A DNA stretch of 32,423 bases from positions 1 to 32,423 of the forward strand of contig CALKEP010000046.1 in assembly GCA_938084645.1 (NCBI GenBank), read 5' to 3'. The notes under the pieces are model-generated. The model searched no databases. It was not told the origin of the DNA and saw only the letters and a program-made list of their open reading frames with translations. The position numbers were made by a program, and so were the translations under genes. Below, one piece after another: positions 1 to 9,281 of this stretch. Each line of letters opens with the position of its first letter. The stretch's first letter is position 1. The stretch is from an uncultured Phycisphaerales bacterium. GTDB lineage: Bacteria; Planctomycetota; Phycisphaerae; Phycisphaerales; SM1A02.

Positions 1-121
1 TTTTTTGGCGTTCAGCCTGCGGCGGGAAACGTGTTGGTGACTCGGCACGCAGGCGTGAGGAAGACCGGGTTCTGGCGATCTTGCGATGCGTGCCCGAAGG
101 ATTCCGCCTGTCGCGGGTCAC

Positions 122-550
122 TCAGTCGGACCCGATCGGGATCTCCTGGAGGCTTCCGTCGGCGTCCACGCAGGCGAGCGACGTGGTGGCCGTCGACAGC
201 AGCGTCGGACCCCGCTTGAGCTCGTAGCCGTGTCGGAGCCTGGCCCTCGATGCCTCGAGGAGGTGGGTGGTCAGGGTGAGTTCGTCGTCGTACCGGGCGG
301 GTTGCCGGAACCGGACGGCGAGATCGACCACGACCAGGAAGCGGCCGGCGGCCTCGAGGTCCCGGTAGTTCCCGCCATCCGAACGCAGCATCTCCGTGCG
401 ACCCATCTCGAACCAGATGGCGTAGTTGGCGTGGTGGACGACGCCCATGGGATCGCATTCGCAGTAGCGAACCCGAATGGAGGTGTCGTGTGATCGAAGC
501 GCAGCGGCGGGGTCGAAACTGCTCTCGCGGCGGGGGCGGGACTTGGCCAT
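122..550 (-). CDS. Acyl-CoA thioesterase, YbgC/FadM (4HBT hot-dog) family
   Basis: Motif IRVRYCECDPMGVVHHANYAIWFEMGR and RFRQPARYDDEL. Start placed at ATG 550 (MAKSRPR), trimming the ORF-track extension. Confidence 0.9.
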   Translation of the reverse strand: MAKSRPRRESSFDPAAALRSHDTSIRVRYCECDPMGVVHHANYAIWFEMGRTEMLRSDGGNYRDLEAAGRFLVVVDLAVRFRQPARYDDELTLTTHLLEASRARLRHGYELKRGPTLLSTATTSLACVDADGSLQEIPIGSD

Positions 551-698
551 GCGGTGGATGGTAGTGAGGTGACTGGTCCGGTGATCAAGCGGCGGTGAGA
601 TCCCGACACTCGCCTTCGGATGGGAAGCCGGTGGATCAGGCGGATGATCCTGCGTCGGGACCAAGGGGGCGTGGCCCTGGCCGCATCCCGTCGCCGGC

Positions 699-2204
699 TC
701 ACTTGCCGATGCAGAACCGACCGAAGACGAGATCGAGGACCTCGTCGGGATCGACGTCACCATCGAGCCGTCGGATCGCTTCCAGCGTGGCGAGGAGTTC
801 GGCCACCACCACCTCCGGCATCGGCGGTCCATCCGCATCCCGACTCCCCTGAATCATGGCCGCGACCCGTTCGACCGCGGATGCCCCCTGCATCACCGCC
901 GCCGCCTGGAGCTCGCGCCATGCCTCGGTGGCCGCCGACTCGCCACCGACCCCATCGGCATCCAGTTGGGCCACGATCCGCCGTACGAGCGACTCGACGC
1001 CCTGCTCGTCGCCGGTGGATCGCCCTTGGCTGGGAAGGGCGATTTCGAGCCGCTCCTCCTCGGGGTTCAGGCAGGCAGCGTCCGCGGCCTTGGATCTTGG
1101 AAGATCGCCTTTCGTGCGTACATGGAGCACGCCTCCGATCGATGTCGGAAGACGTTCCCAACGATCTCGTTCGTGGCCTTCCGCCAGATCGTTGGGTACG
1201 CAGCAGATCACGAGATCCGCGGCTTCGAGGGTGGCCCGAGTCCGAGCATCGGCCGGGGCTCGGAGGGGATCCTGCGAGCGGCCGAAGCCGGCGGTGTCGA
1301 TCAACCGGATCCTCCGCCGTTCGTCGCCGATCGAGAGGTCGACCGAGGCTTCGATCGCATCCCGGGTGGTGCCGGCGATCTCGGAGACCACCACGCGATC
1401 ATGTCCGACCAACCGGTTGAAGAGCGTTGATTTGCCGGCGTTCGCCGGCCCGACCAGCGCTACCACGGGGGCATCGCGGGCCGCGGGCCGGATGGCACGA
1501 ATCCGCTGGCCGGTGAGATCGAGTCCATGGCGAATCTCGTCGAGGAGATTCCGCAGCTCACCGGTGCTGCAACCCACCACGTCTTCCTCATCGCTGAAGT
1601 CGATTCCCGCTTCGGTACGGGCGATCGCGTCGGCGAGTCGATCGCCGATCGCACGAACTTCCGCCGCGACCGGTCCCCGTCGCTGGCGATCCGCGGCATC
1701 GAGATCCTCGTCCCGGGCCGCGGCGATCGACGCGGCGATTCCGGTGGCGTCCTGGATGGAGAGTCGCCCGGCGAGGAAGGCACGGGCGGAGAATTCGCCG
1801 GGGCCGGCCGCTCGGGCGTGTCCGGTGCGGCGATCGAAGTGTGCGATCAGGACTCGATTCACGATCGTCCCGAGGGCCGGATTGCCCGGGATCTCGACCT
1901 CGAGGACGTCTTCGCCGGTGAAGGTGGTGGGTCCGGGCAGGACCGCGACGATGCACGGCAGGCTTCCCGCGCCATGCAGGGCGTCGGGATCCGCATCAAG
2001 GCTCGTGAGGGCGGGGCTGGGGATCGACAGGGTGTCGACGAAACACCCTCGCTCGCGGCGGCGGGCGGCGTCGAGCCCTCGTCCGGAGAGCAGATCGTCG
2101 GCGTGTGCGAGGAGCCCCTCCCCCGAGCAACGAACGAGGATCCGACCACCCCGGCCCGGCGCGGTGCCGGTCGCGACGATCACGGATCCGTCGTTCGCGT
2201 TCAC
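699..2204 (-). CDS. mnmE: tRNA modification GTPase MnmE/TrmE
   Basis: TFTGEDVLE, AGPGEFSARAFLAGR, G1 GPANAGKS, G2 IAGTTRD, G3 DTAG, G4-like TKGD, and C-terminal FCIGK. The GTG start at 2204 overlaps the yidC stop (GTGA). Confidence 0.95.
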   Translation of the reverse strand: MNANDGSVIVATGTAPGRGGRILVRCSGEGLLAHADDLLSGRGLDAARRRERGCFVDTLSIPSPALTSLDADPDALHGAGSLPCIVAVLPGPTTFTGEDVLEVEIPGNPALGTIVNRVLIAHFDRRTGHARAAGPGEFSARAFLAGRLSIQDATGIAASIAAARDEDLDAADRQRRGPVAAEVRAIGDRLADAIARTEAGIDFSDEEDVVGCSTGELRNLLDEIRHGLDLTGQRIRAIRPAARDAPVVALVGPANAGKSTLFNRLVGHDRVVVSEIAGTTRDAIEASVDLSIGDERRRIRLIDTAGFGRSQDPLRAPADARTRATLEAADLVICCVPNDLAEGHERDRWERLPTSIGGVLHVRTKGDLPRSKAADAACLNPEEERLEIALPSQGRSTGDEQGVESLVRRIVAQLDADGVGGESAATEAWRELQAAAVMQGASAVERVAAMIQGSRDADGPPMPEVVVAELLATLEAIRRLDGDVDPDEVLDLVFGRFCIGK

Positions 2205-4576
2205 GGGTCGCGCTTCTTGAACTTCTTCTTCGGCCCCTTGGTCTTCCGGGCCTGCTTGGCCTTGGCTTCCTCGAGCTTCTCGGCGTACATGCGGGCCATC
2301 CGGTCCTTGGTCTTGCCGACCCCGGTCTTCTTGGTCGTCTTCGCGACGGGCTTCGCGGTGAGGTCCATCTGATCGACCAGCTTCCGGATCCGGCGACCCT
2401 CGATGATCCCGATCGAGCTCGAGGTGAGGATGTAGAGGGTGAGTCCGCTGGGTGCCTGGAAGAGCATCACCGGGAACAGGACGACCATCATCACCTTCAT
2501 GATCTTCTGTTGCTGCTTCTGCTCGTCCGTCATGTTCGGGCTGGGCGGCGGGCTCATGTACTTCTGCTGGACGAAGAAGATGAAGCCCATGAGCAGCGGC
2601 AGCACGTTGATCCCGGTGAGCTTGGTGATGTAGATGTCGACCGGGGTGCCGAACTCGACGAAGTGATCGGGACGCGAAAGGTCGCCGAGGAACTGTCCGA
2701 AGAGCGTCGCGTTTCCGATCACCACGTTCGGGAGCAGCTGGAAGAGGCCGAAGAAGGCCTCCTGCTGTCGCAGTTCGAAGGCGAAGAACAGCACGGCATA
2801 CAGGGCGATCCAGATCGGCATCTGGAGAAACGTCGGCAGGAGTCCGCCGACGCAGCCCAGCGGGTTGACGCCACGCTCCATGAAGAGCCGCCGCTGCTCG
2901 GCCTGCATCTTCGCGGGGTCGTCCTTGAACTTCTTCTGGAGCGCGTCGATCTCGGGTTTCAGATCCGCCATGAGACGGCTGACCCGTTGCATCTGGACCT
3001 GGCCCTTCTTCATGACCGGATGAAGGATGATCCGGACGATGCAGACCAGGATGACGATCGCCAGCGCCCAGTCGAAGGTGAACCCGTGGATCCAGGCGAG
3101 GAAGACGACGAGGAAGTCGGCCAGCCAGGTGAAGGTGCAGAACGTGCAGCACCCGCTCATCAGGTAGACGATGATCGCCCGCATGTTGAGCGCGGTGTAG
3201 GGGTCTCCCGATTCGAGGACGCTGCGTTCGAGCGGTCCGGCGTAGATCCCGAGATCCCAGTCGGCCGACCCGCCCGCGGCGATCGTCTTCACCGGACCGT
3301 AGAGCTCGGTGACCAGCACCTGCTGGGCCGTGGGCAGCGACAGGTCGGCGTTGGGGAAGACGTTCTCGATGCTGTCGGTGATCGCCCGGGACGTCCGGCC
3401 GGCGGCCACGTCGTACGGGGCATGGACGCAGAGCGTGAAGTAGCGGTTCGTCGCGCCGAACCAGCTCAGGGTGAGTCGCTGTTCGCGGCTGGACTCGTTC
3501 GGCCAGATGTCGAACGCCTGCATCGCGCTGTCGTCGTCCATCCCCGCGCCGCCGCCGGCACCGTTGCGCTCGGCGACGATGTCGAGCAACGCCTGTCGTT
3601 CGTAGAGCTGGCCGTTCGCGATCACGCTGGCCTGGGCGGGATCACGGTCCTTCGGCATCAGATAGCCGAAGTGGAATCGACGAACCTCGATGAACGAGCC
3701 CTTGTCGCGATCGAGATCGCCGGGACCGTACTGCACCCAGCGGACCTCCGCATCACGATCGCCGAGGTTCTGGATCCGCTGCTCGAGGGCGATGTCGTAG
3801 CCGTTGTCGGTGAGCCGGTATCGACGGCTGATTCGGAACGCGGCGGTTCCGGTTTCCGCGTCGGCGATCTCGGTCTCGAACGCGCCGGGGCTCGTCTCGG
3901 ACCACACGTCTCCGAAGAGCGAGACGAAGACGCCGTCGATCTCGACCCCCGCCGCGGAGAGCAGGGGGATCGCGTTGGACCCGAGTGCGGAGCGGTTCAG
4001 GGAGTACCGGGCTTCTTCGGCGGGAAGCGGAACTTCCGGATTCGCGAAGTGGGCGGCGGCGGTCCTCTTCTCCCGAGACTCCAGCCAGAACTCGCTGAAG
4101 ACGATCGAGTCGATGCCCGCGCTGCCGGCCGAGAATCGGATGCGGTAGCGGTCACTGGTGGGATCCAGCGAACCGAGATCGCTCGGTGACCCCTCGATCG
4201 GGCCGCGGGACGGTCGGGCGAGCCACGTCGCCGTGACCGCGGTGGAGGTTCCGGCGTCGGCGGTATCCGGGTCGGCGGCGTCCGTATCCGGCTCGGCGTT
4301 GACGACCGGCTCCGGATCGGTCGCGGGTTCCGTCTCGGTCGCGATCGAGTCCGAACCGGTCTCGACGGCCGGTTCGGCCGCGGGGTTCGTCGGGGCATCG
4401 GTGGATGCGACCGAGTCGGGGGTGGATGGAGAGGTCGCCTCCGCGGTCGCGTTCTTGGGAGCGGGAGCAGGCGCCGAGTTTCCACCCTGTGGTCGCAGGA
4501 ACGCGACCACCAGAATGATGCCCGCGATGAGCAGGACGGCACTGGTGACGATGCGACGGCGTTTTTCAGGGGTCAT
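2201..4576 (-). CDS. yidC: Membrane protein insertase YidC
   Basis: N-terminal TM, large periplasmic domain (WFGATNRYF, IYAGP), WALAIVILVCIVRIILHP, GVNPLGC..LPTFLQMPIWIALY, FELRQ, DLSRPD, PSGLTLY. Adjacent to mnmE. Confidence 0.97.
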   Translation of the reverse strand: MTPEKRRRIVTSAVLLIAGIILVVAFLRPQGGNSAPAPAPKNATAEATSPSTPDSVASTDAPTNPAAEPAVETGSDSIATETEPATDPEPVVNAEPDTDAADPDTADAGTSTAVTATWLARPSRGPIEGSPSDLGSLDPTSDRYRIRFSAGSAGIDSIVFSEFWLESREKRTAAAHFANPEVPLPAEEARYSLNRSALGSNAIPLLSAAGVEIDGVFVSLFGDVWSETSPGAFETEIADAETGTAAFRISRRYRLTDNGYDIALEQRIQNLGDRDAEVRWVQYGPGDLDRDKGSFIEVRRFHFGYLMPKDRDPAQASVIANGQLYERQALLDIVAERNGAGGGAGMDDDSAMQAFDIWPNESSREQRLTLSWFGATNRYFTLCVHAPYDVAAGRTSRAITDSIENVFPNADLSLPTAQQVLVTELYGPVKTIAAGGSADWDLGIYAGPLERSVLESGDPYTALNMRAIIVYLMSGCCTFCTFTWLADFLVVFLAWIHGFTFDWALAIVILVCIVRIILHPVMKKGQVQMQRVSRLMADLKPEIDALQKKFKDDPAKMQAEQRRLFMERGVNPLGCVGGLLPTFLQMPIWIALYAVLFFAFELRQQEAFFGLFQLLPNVVIGNATLFGQFLGDLSRPDHFVEFGTPVDIYITKLTGINVLPLLMGFIFFVQQKYMSPPPSPNMTDEQKQQQKIMKVMMVVLFPVMLFQAPSGLTLYILTSSSIGIIEGRRIRKLVDQMDLTAKPVAKTTKKTGVGKTKDRMARMYAEKLEEAKAKQARKTKGPKKKFKKRDP

Positions 4577-4643
4577 CGGGAAGGTCTGGGGGCGTTGAAG
4601 GCGGCGTCGGGCAAATCAAGCCCGACGTCCGGCCGGAAGGGGC

Positions 4644-5465
4644 TCAGCGACCCTGGAAGAGGCGGTCGCCCAGCCAGTCGTCGAGTCGGTCGATCGCGTA
4701 GATCTTCTCCGCGACGGCGCTGATGTCGTACTCGAGCCGGTAGAAGTTGACACGGTGCGGGGCGTCATCACCGGTCTCGAGGATCGCGTAGCTCGCCCGA
4801 TCGTCCTGATCGCGGGGCTGGCCGACGCTGCCGGGATTGACGATCGCCTTCTCCTCCGGGTCGAAGACGTGGACGCCGATGAGCATCGGATCGTCGGGAT
4901 CCTCGTGACCGAGGGAACTCGGCCGCATGAAGTCCGGACCGTCCTCCTCGGTGTGGATGAAGACACCGGGAACGTGGGTGTGGCCGACCAGACAACGCTC
5001 GTCGATCATCTCGAAGATCCGGCGGACCTTCGCGGGGTCGTCCCGGATGTCCTCGTCGAAGAGGTATTCGTTGATCGGCTTCCGCACCGAGCCGTGAACG
5101 CAGGTGTACAGCTTCTCGTGGAGCTGGCGGGTCTTGATCCGATTCAGGAAGTCGAGTCTGCGGTTGCCGGACTCGGGGTCCTTCTCGACCGCTTCCTCGA
5201 GCACGTCGCGGGTCCAGTGGGCGGCATCCTTCGCGACCACGTTGAAGTTGGTCGGTTCGTAGAGCACCGCGAAGTCGTGGTTGCCCATCAGGCTCCACGT
5301 GCATCGCTCGGCGATGAGATCGACGCACTCGATCGGATTGGGGCCGTAGCCGACGATGTCGCCGAGGCAGACGATCTCGTCGACGCCGCGGCGATCGATG
5401 TCCGCCAGCACCACCTGGAGGGCATCGAGGTTCCCGTGAATGTCACTGATCAGGGCGGTCCGCAC
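4644..5465 (-). CDS. Metallophosphoesterase (calcineurin-like, YfcE/MPP_PA family)
   Basis: Motifs DIHGN, CLGDIVGYG, MGNHD, VHGS, GHTH and NPGSVGQPRD. Start is uncertain (GTG 5465 or GTG 5507). Confidence 0.92.
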   Translation of the reverse strand: MRTALISDIHGNLDALQVVLADIDRRGVDEIVCLGDIVGYGPNPIECVDLIAERCTWSLMGNHDFAVLYEPTNFNVVAKDAAHWTRDVLEEAVEKDPESGNRRLDFLNRIKTRQLHEKLYTCVHGSVRKPINEYLFDEDIRDDPAKVRRIFEMIDERCLVGHTHVPGVFIHTEEDGPDFMRPSSLGHEDPDDPMLIGVHVFDPEEKAIVNPGSVGQPRDQDDRASYAILETGDDAPHRVNFYRLEYDISAVAEKIYAIDRLDDWLGDRLFQGR

Positions 5466-5573
5466 GCGATGCTCCGGCCGTTCTCGCTCCCAACGTGGAT
5501 CCGGCACACGAAAACGCGCCGGGAATCGGGAATGCTACGGCCTTCGACGCCGGATCGTCAACGATCGGGGGAG

Positions 5574-7463
5574 TTACCCCGCATTTCTCCACCGGCTGAC
5601 GCGGTTCACCAGCCCGGCGATGCTTCGGGCGAGGTCATCGCGCCGGACCGGCTTCGGGAGGTAGTCGTCGCAGCCGGCCTGGAGGCACATCTTGCGGTCT
5701 CCGGGCATCGCATTCGCGGTCAGGGCGAGGATCGGGATCTCCAGACCGGCGTTTCGGATCCGTCGGGCCGCCTCGTAGCCGTCGAGGACCGGCATCTGCA
5801 TGTCCATGACGACCACGTCGAAGGGTTCCCGCGTTCCGTCCATGATCGCTTCCACGGCCGCCGCCCCGTTCTCGACCGCGTGCACCCGGGCCCCCAGCCG
5901 GGTCAGAAGGTGGGTGATGAGTCGTCGATTGTCGAGACCGTCCTCGGCGAGGAGCACCCGGAGGCCGGTGGGCATGTCGGTCCGCGTCCGGACTTCCGGG
6001 CGATGGGCGGTCGGTGGTGCCGACACGGTGGCCGTGAACGTCGAGCCCTCGCCGGCCACGCTTTGAACCTCGAGTCCGCCGCCCAGCATTTCACAGAGTC
6101 GCCTGGAGATCGTCAGGCCCAGACCGGTGCCGCCGAATCGGCGGGTCGTGGATCCGTCCGCCTGCTGGAACGGTTCGAAGATCCGGGTCGCCTCGAGATC
6201 GGTCATTCCGATTCCCGTGTCCCGCACGACGAGCCGGATTCGATCCTCATGGTCGGTCGATCGAAGGTCGACGGTGATCCGGCCTTCCGTCGTGAACTTG
6301 ATCGCGTTCCCGAGGAGGTTGACCAGGATCTGTCGGAACCGCAGGGGATCCAGCGACACCGCGTCGCGGATGTCCTCGTCGATCACCACGTCGAGGGCGA
6401 GCCCCTTGCGATCGGCCTGTCCACGAAGGGACGTCACCACGTCGTGCACGCAGCCACGGACATCCATCGGCACGCGGTCCGTCTCGGTGCGCCCCGCCTC
6501 GATCTTCGAGAGATCGAGGATCTCACTGACCAGGGCGAGCAGATGTTCGCCGTTGCCGCGGACGGTCTGGAGGATCGATCGACGCGTCGCGGGATCCGCA
6601 TCCTCCTCGGCGAGCAGATCGGCGTAGCCGATGATCGCGGTCAGGGGGGTCCGGATCTCGTGGCTCATGTTGGCGAGGAACTCGGTCTTCGCCCGGGTCG
6701 CGTGGACCGCAGCGGCCCGCGCCTCCTCCAATTGCCCGTTTCGTTCTTCGAGGTCGATCCGGATCCGCTCGAGATCCCGGGCGAGCTTGGCCTGTTCGCT
6801 CAAGGCGGAGAGGAGCTCGTCGCCGGTCCGGGCGGCGAGCGTTCCCGCGATCAGATCGTCGGTCGCCGGAAGCGCGATGCCGCCGAGGTGTCCGGATCGT
6901 TCGCTCGAAGCGTGATCGCGGCCGCCGATGAAGCGGATCGGTCGCCAGTCGTCGTCGGCGGATCGCATCCGGACCGCGCAGTCGATCGGATCGCCTCGTT
7001 CGATCGAGGCGTCGACGGCGAAGTGGAATTGGCCGAGGTCATCGGGATGGATCAGGCCCAGAAGCGCACTGAAGGAGACCCGCCCCGCCCGCGACGGCGC
7101 ACCCAGCAGGCGCTGAAGACGCTCGTCGTGCCAGGCGACACCGTCTCCGAGCCGCCACTGCCAGCAACCGGCACCGGCGATCCGGCACGCGGAACCCCGG
7201 ATGATGTCGGGTTGACGCCGGCGAAGGTTGGTCGAGAGCCCGAGCATGCACCCGAACATCAGGGCGAGGCCGATGCCTGCCACCAGGGCCGATTCGACCA
7301 CCAGCCCGGTCGCCGACCCGACGCCGCTGGCGAGGGTCAGCAGCAGCCAGATGCTGTTCGTCTCCCGCCTCGATCGAGGACCGCGGGACGGCGCGGCGAT
7401 GGCCGGACCGGTCGAGCCGGCCGATCCCTCGGTCGCTGGAGTTTCGGCGTCACGCATGTCCAT
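5574..7463 (-). CDS. Hybrid sensor histidine kinase/response regulator (2 TM, PAS, HisKA, HATPase, REC)
   Basis: FLANMSHEIRTPL H-box, NLLGNAIKFT, DTGIG, GGTGLGL, receiver VLLAED..MDMQMPVLDG..KP, and PAS-like IHPDD. Strong SD GGAGGAG before ATG 7463. Confidence 0.95.
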   Translation of the reverse strand: MDMRDAETPATEGSAGSTGPAIAAPSRGPRSRRETNSIWLLLTLASGVGSATGLVVESALVAGIGLALMFGCMLGLSTNLRRRQPDIIRGSACRIAGAGCWQWRLGDGVAWHDERLQRLLGAPSRAGRVSFSALLGLIHPDDLGQFHFAVDASIERGDPIDCAVRMRSADDDWRPIRFIGGRDHASSERSGHLGGIALPATDDLIAGTLAARTGDELLSALSEQAKLARDLERIRIDLEERNGQLEEARAAAVHATRAKTEFLANMSHEIRTPLTAIIGYADLLAEEDADPATRRSILQTVRGNGEHLLALVSEILDLSKIEAGRTETDRVPMDVRGCVHDVVTSLRGQADRKGLALDVVIDEDIRDAVSLDPLRFRQILVNLLGNAIKFTTEGRITVDLRSTDHEDRIRLVVRDTGIGMTDLEATRIFEPFQQADGSTTRRFGGTGLGLTISRRLCEMLGGGLEVQSVAGEGSTFTATVSAPPTAHRPEVRTRTDMPTGLRVLLAEDGLDNRRLITHLLTRLGARVHAVENGAAAVEAIMDGTREPFDVVVMDMQMPVLDGYEAARRIRNAGLEIPILALTANAMPGDRKMCLQAGCDDYLPKPVRRDDLARSIAGLVNRVSRWRNAG

Positions 7464-7655
7464 GGAATCTCCTCCCTCGGCATCGGCCTTCCGGAAGCCC
7501 GACTTCGCCGTCGGCCACCGATCCACGGGAACTGCCCGAGCCCGGATTCCGGTCATGCCTTCGCACGGGGCGGCGAAGCGGGATCGGGTCGTTTTCGGAC
7601 CTCGCCGCCGGCAGACGCCGATCTCGGGGACGCGGGATGGAACGTCCGGCTCCGC

Positions 7656-7661
7656 TACAAT
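7656..7661 (+). promoter_or_regulatory. Putative sigma70 -10 element (TACAAT) upstream of lpdA
   Basis: Near-consensus TACAAT in the divergent intergenic region, about 87 nt before the lpdA ATG. lpdA has an AAGGGA SD, so this is a leadered transcript. Confidence 0.5.
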
Positions 7662-7747
7662 GCCCGACCTCATTCGACGCAGGACGCCGCTTCGGCTCGG
7701 ATCGCGCATCGATCCCGGCGCCGGACGGCCGGACATCAAGGGACACC

Positions 7748-9229
7748 ATGGCCGACTCCAAGCATTACGACCTCATCGTCATCGGTTCCGGACCCGGCGG
7801 ATACGTCGCCGCGATCCGCGCCGGCCAGCTCGGGCTGAAGACCGCGTGCATCGAACGTGGCAAGCTCGGAGGCGTCTGCCTCAACTGGGGCTGCATCCCG
7901 ACCAAGGCGCTGCTGCACAACGCGGAGCTCTATCAGGAGGCGATCACCCACGGCTCCGACTGGGGCCTGGAGATCGATCCGAAGAACGTGAAGGTCGACT
8001 GGGACAAGATCATCGGCCGGAGCCGGAAGATCACCGGGACCCTCAACAACGGCGTCGGCTACCTGCTCAAGAAGAACAAGGTCGACCACTACGAAGGTCA
8101 CGCCCGCATCCTGAAGGGCGCGACCGGCGGCACGCCGTGCGAGGTCGAAGTGCTCGCGGCCGACGACGACTACTACCACGGCGGTGGCGGCAAGTCCGAA
8201 GGGAAGATCACCGCGGATCGCGTGCTGATCGCGACCGGCGCCTCCCCGCGACAGCTCCCCTTCGCCAAGAGCGACGGCAAGACGGTCTTCACCAGCTACG
8301 AACTGCTCACCATCGACCACTGTCCGAAGTCCATGATCGCGGTCGGTTCCGGCGCGATCGGCATGGAATTCGCCTACTTCATGAACGCGTTCGGTTGCGA
8401 GGTCACGGTCGTCGAGATGATGGACCGGATCCTGCCCGTCGAGGACGACGACGTGTCGAAGGTCGCGAAGAAGGCCTTCGAGAAGCAGGGGATCAAGTTC
8501 AAGACCGGCGCGACGGTTCAGGACATCAAGTCCGGCAAGGGCGGCGCGAAGGTGACCATCGCGGATGCGAAGGATCCGTCGAAGACCGAGGTCCTCGACG
8601 CGGAGGTCGTGCTGGTCGCGATCGGCGTCAAGGGGCGATACGACGGGCTCTTCGACGAATCGCTGGGAATCAAGGTCGAGCGCGACCACATCGTGACCGA
8701 CGCGAAGACGTCGGACGATCCGACCTACCAGACCAGCGTGCCCGGGATCCACGCGATCGGCGACATCATCGGGGCCCCCTGGCTCGCCCACGTGTCCAGC
8801 GAGGAGGGCGTGATCGCGGTCGAGAAGATGGCGGGCCACAAGCCCGTCGCCATCGACTACGACGGCATTCCCGGCTGCACGTACACCAATCCGCAGATCG
8901 CCTCGGTCGGCTTGACCGAGCGAGCCTGCAAGGAGCAGGGCATCAAGTACAAGACCGGCTCCTACCAGTTGAAGGCGCACGGCAAGGCGATCGCCACCGG
9001 TCATACCGAAGGCCTCGTGAAGGTGATCACCAGCGAGCCCTACGGCGAGATCATCGGTTGTCACATCATCGGTGCGGACGCCAGTGAACTCATCGCGGAG
9101 ATGGGTCTCGCCAAGCGGCTCGAAGCCACGGCGGAGGACATCATCTCGACGATCCACGCCCATCCGACGATGGCGGAGTCGATGCACGAAGCGGTGCTCG
9201 CCACCGAAGGTCGCGCGATCCACGCCTGA
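7748..9229 (+). CDS. lpdA: Dihydrolipoyl dehydrogenase (E3)
   Basis: GSGPGGYVAAIRA, redox-active GGVCLNWGCIPTK, GSGAIGMEF, and C-terminal HAHPTMAE. Confidence 0.97.
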   Translation: MADSKHYDLIVIGSGPGGYVAAIRAGQLGLKTACIERGKLGGVCLNWGCIPTKALLHNAELYQEAITHGSDWGLEIDPKNVKVDWDKIIGRSRKITGTLNNGVGYLLKKNKVDHYEGHARILKGATGGTPCEVEVLAADDDYYHGGGGKSEGKITADRVLIATGASPRQLPFAKSDGKTVFTSYELLTIDHCPKSMIAVGSGAIGMEFAYFMNAFGCEVTVVEMMDRILPVEDDDVSKVAKKAFEKQGIKFKTGATVQDIKSGKGGAKVTIADAKDPSKTEVLDAEVVLVAIGVKGRYDGLFDESLGIKVERDHIVTDAKTSDDPTYQTSVPGIHAIGDIIGAPWLAHVSSEEGVIAVEKMAGHKPVAIDYDGIPGCTYTNPQIASVGLTERACKEQGIKYKTGSYQLKAHGKAIATGHTEGLVKVITSEPYGEIIGCHIIGADASELIAEMGLAKRLEATAEDIISTIHAHPTMAESMHEAVLATEGRAIHA

Positions 9230-9253
9230 GCGCACCGACCGAGGAATCAGCAG

Positions 9254-9280
9254 ACGGGCCGGCGCCGTGCGCCGGCCCGT
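9254..9280. terminator. Hairpin between convergent lpdA and FAH genes (likely bidirectional terminator)
   Basis: Perfect 12-bp stem ACGGGCCGGCGC-cgt-GCGCCGGCCCGT followed by TT. Confidence 0.75.
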
Positions 9281-9281
9281 T

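Noticed and set aside
1..121. Possible ncRNA or gene fragment at the window start
   Set aside because: No tRNA-like or other recognisable structure and no convincing coding signal in this short stretch.
2205..3152. Apparent 300-aa N-terminal extension or fusion on MnmE (817-aa ORF)
   Set aside because: It is an alternative frame inside yidC. The GTG at 2204 overlapping the yidC stop gives a normal-sized MnmE.
4755..7838. 1027-aa plus-strand ORF, and similar long antisense ORFs (2105-4189, 7736-9610, 9592-11790, 15630-17432, 26593-28758)
   Set aside because: They are shadow frames opposite well-supported genes. They have no recognisable motifs and are expected in high-GC DNA with few stop codons.
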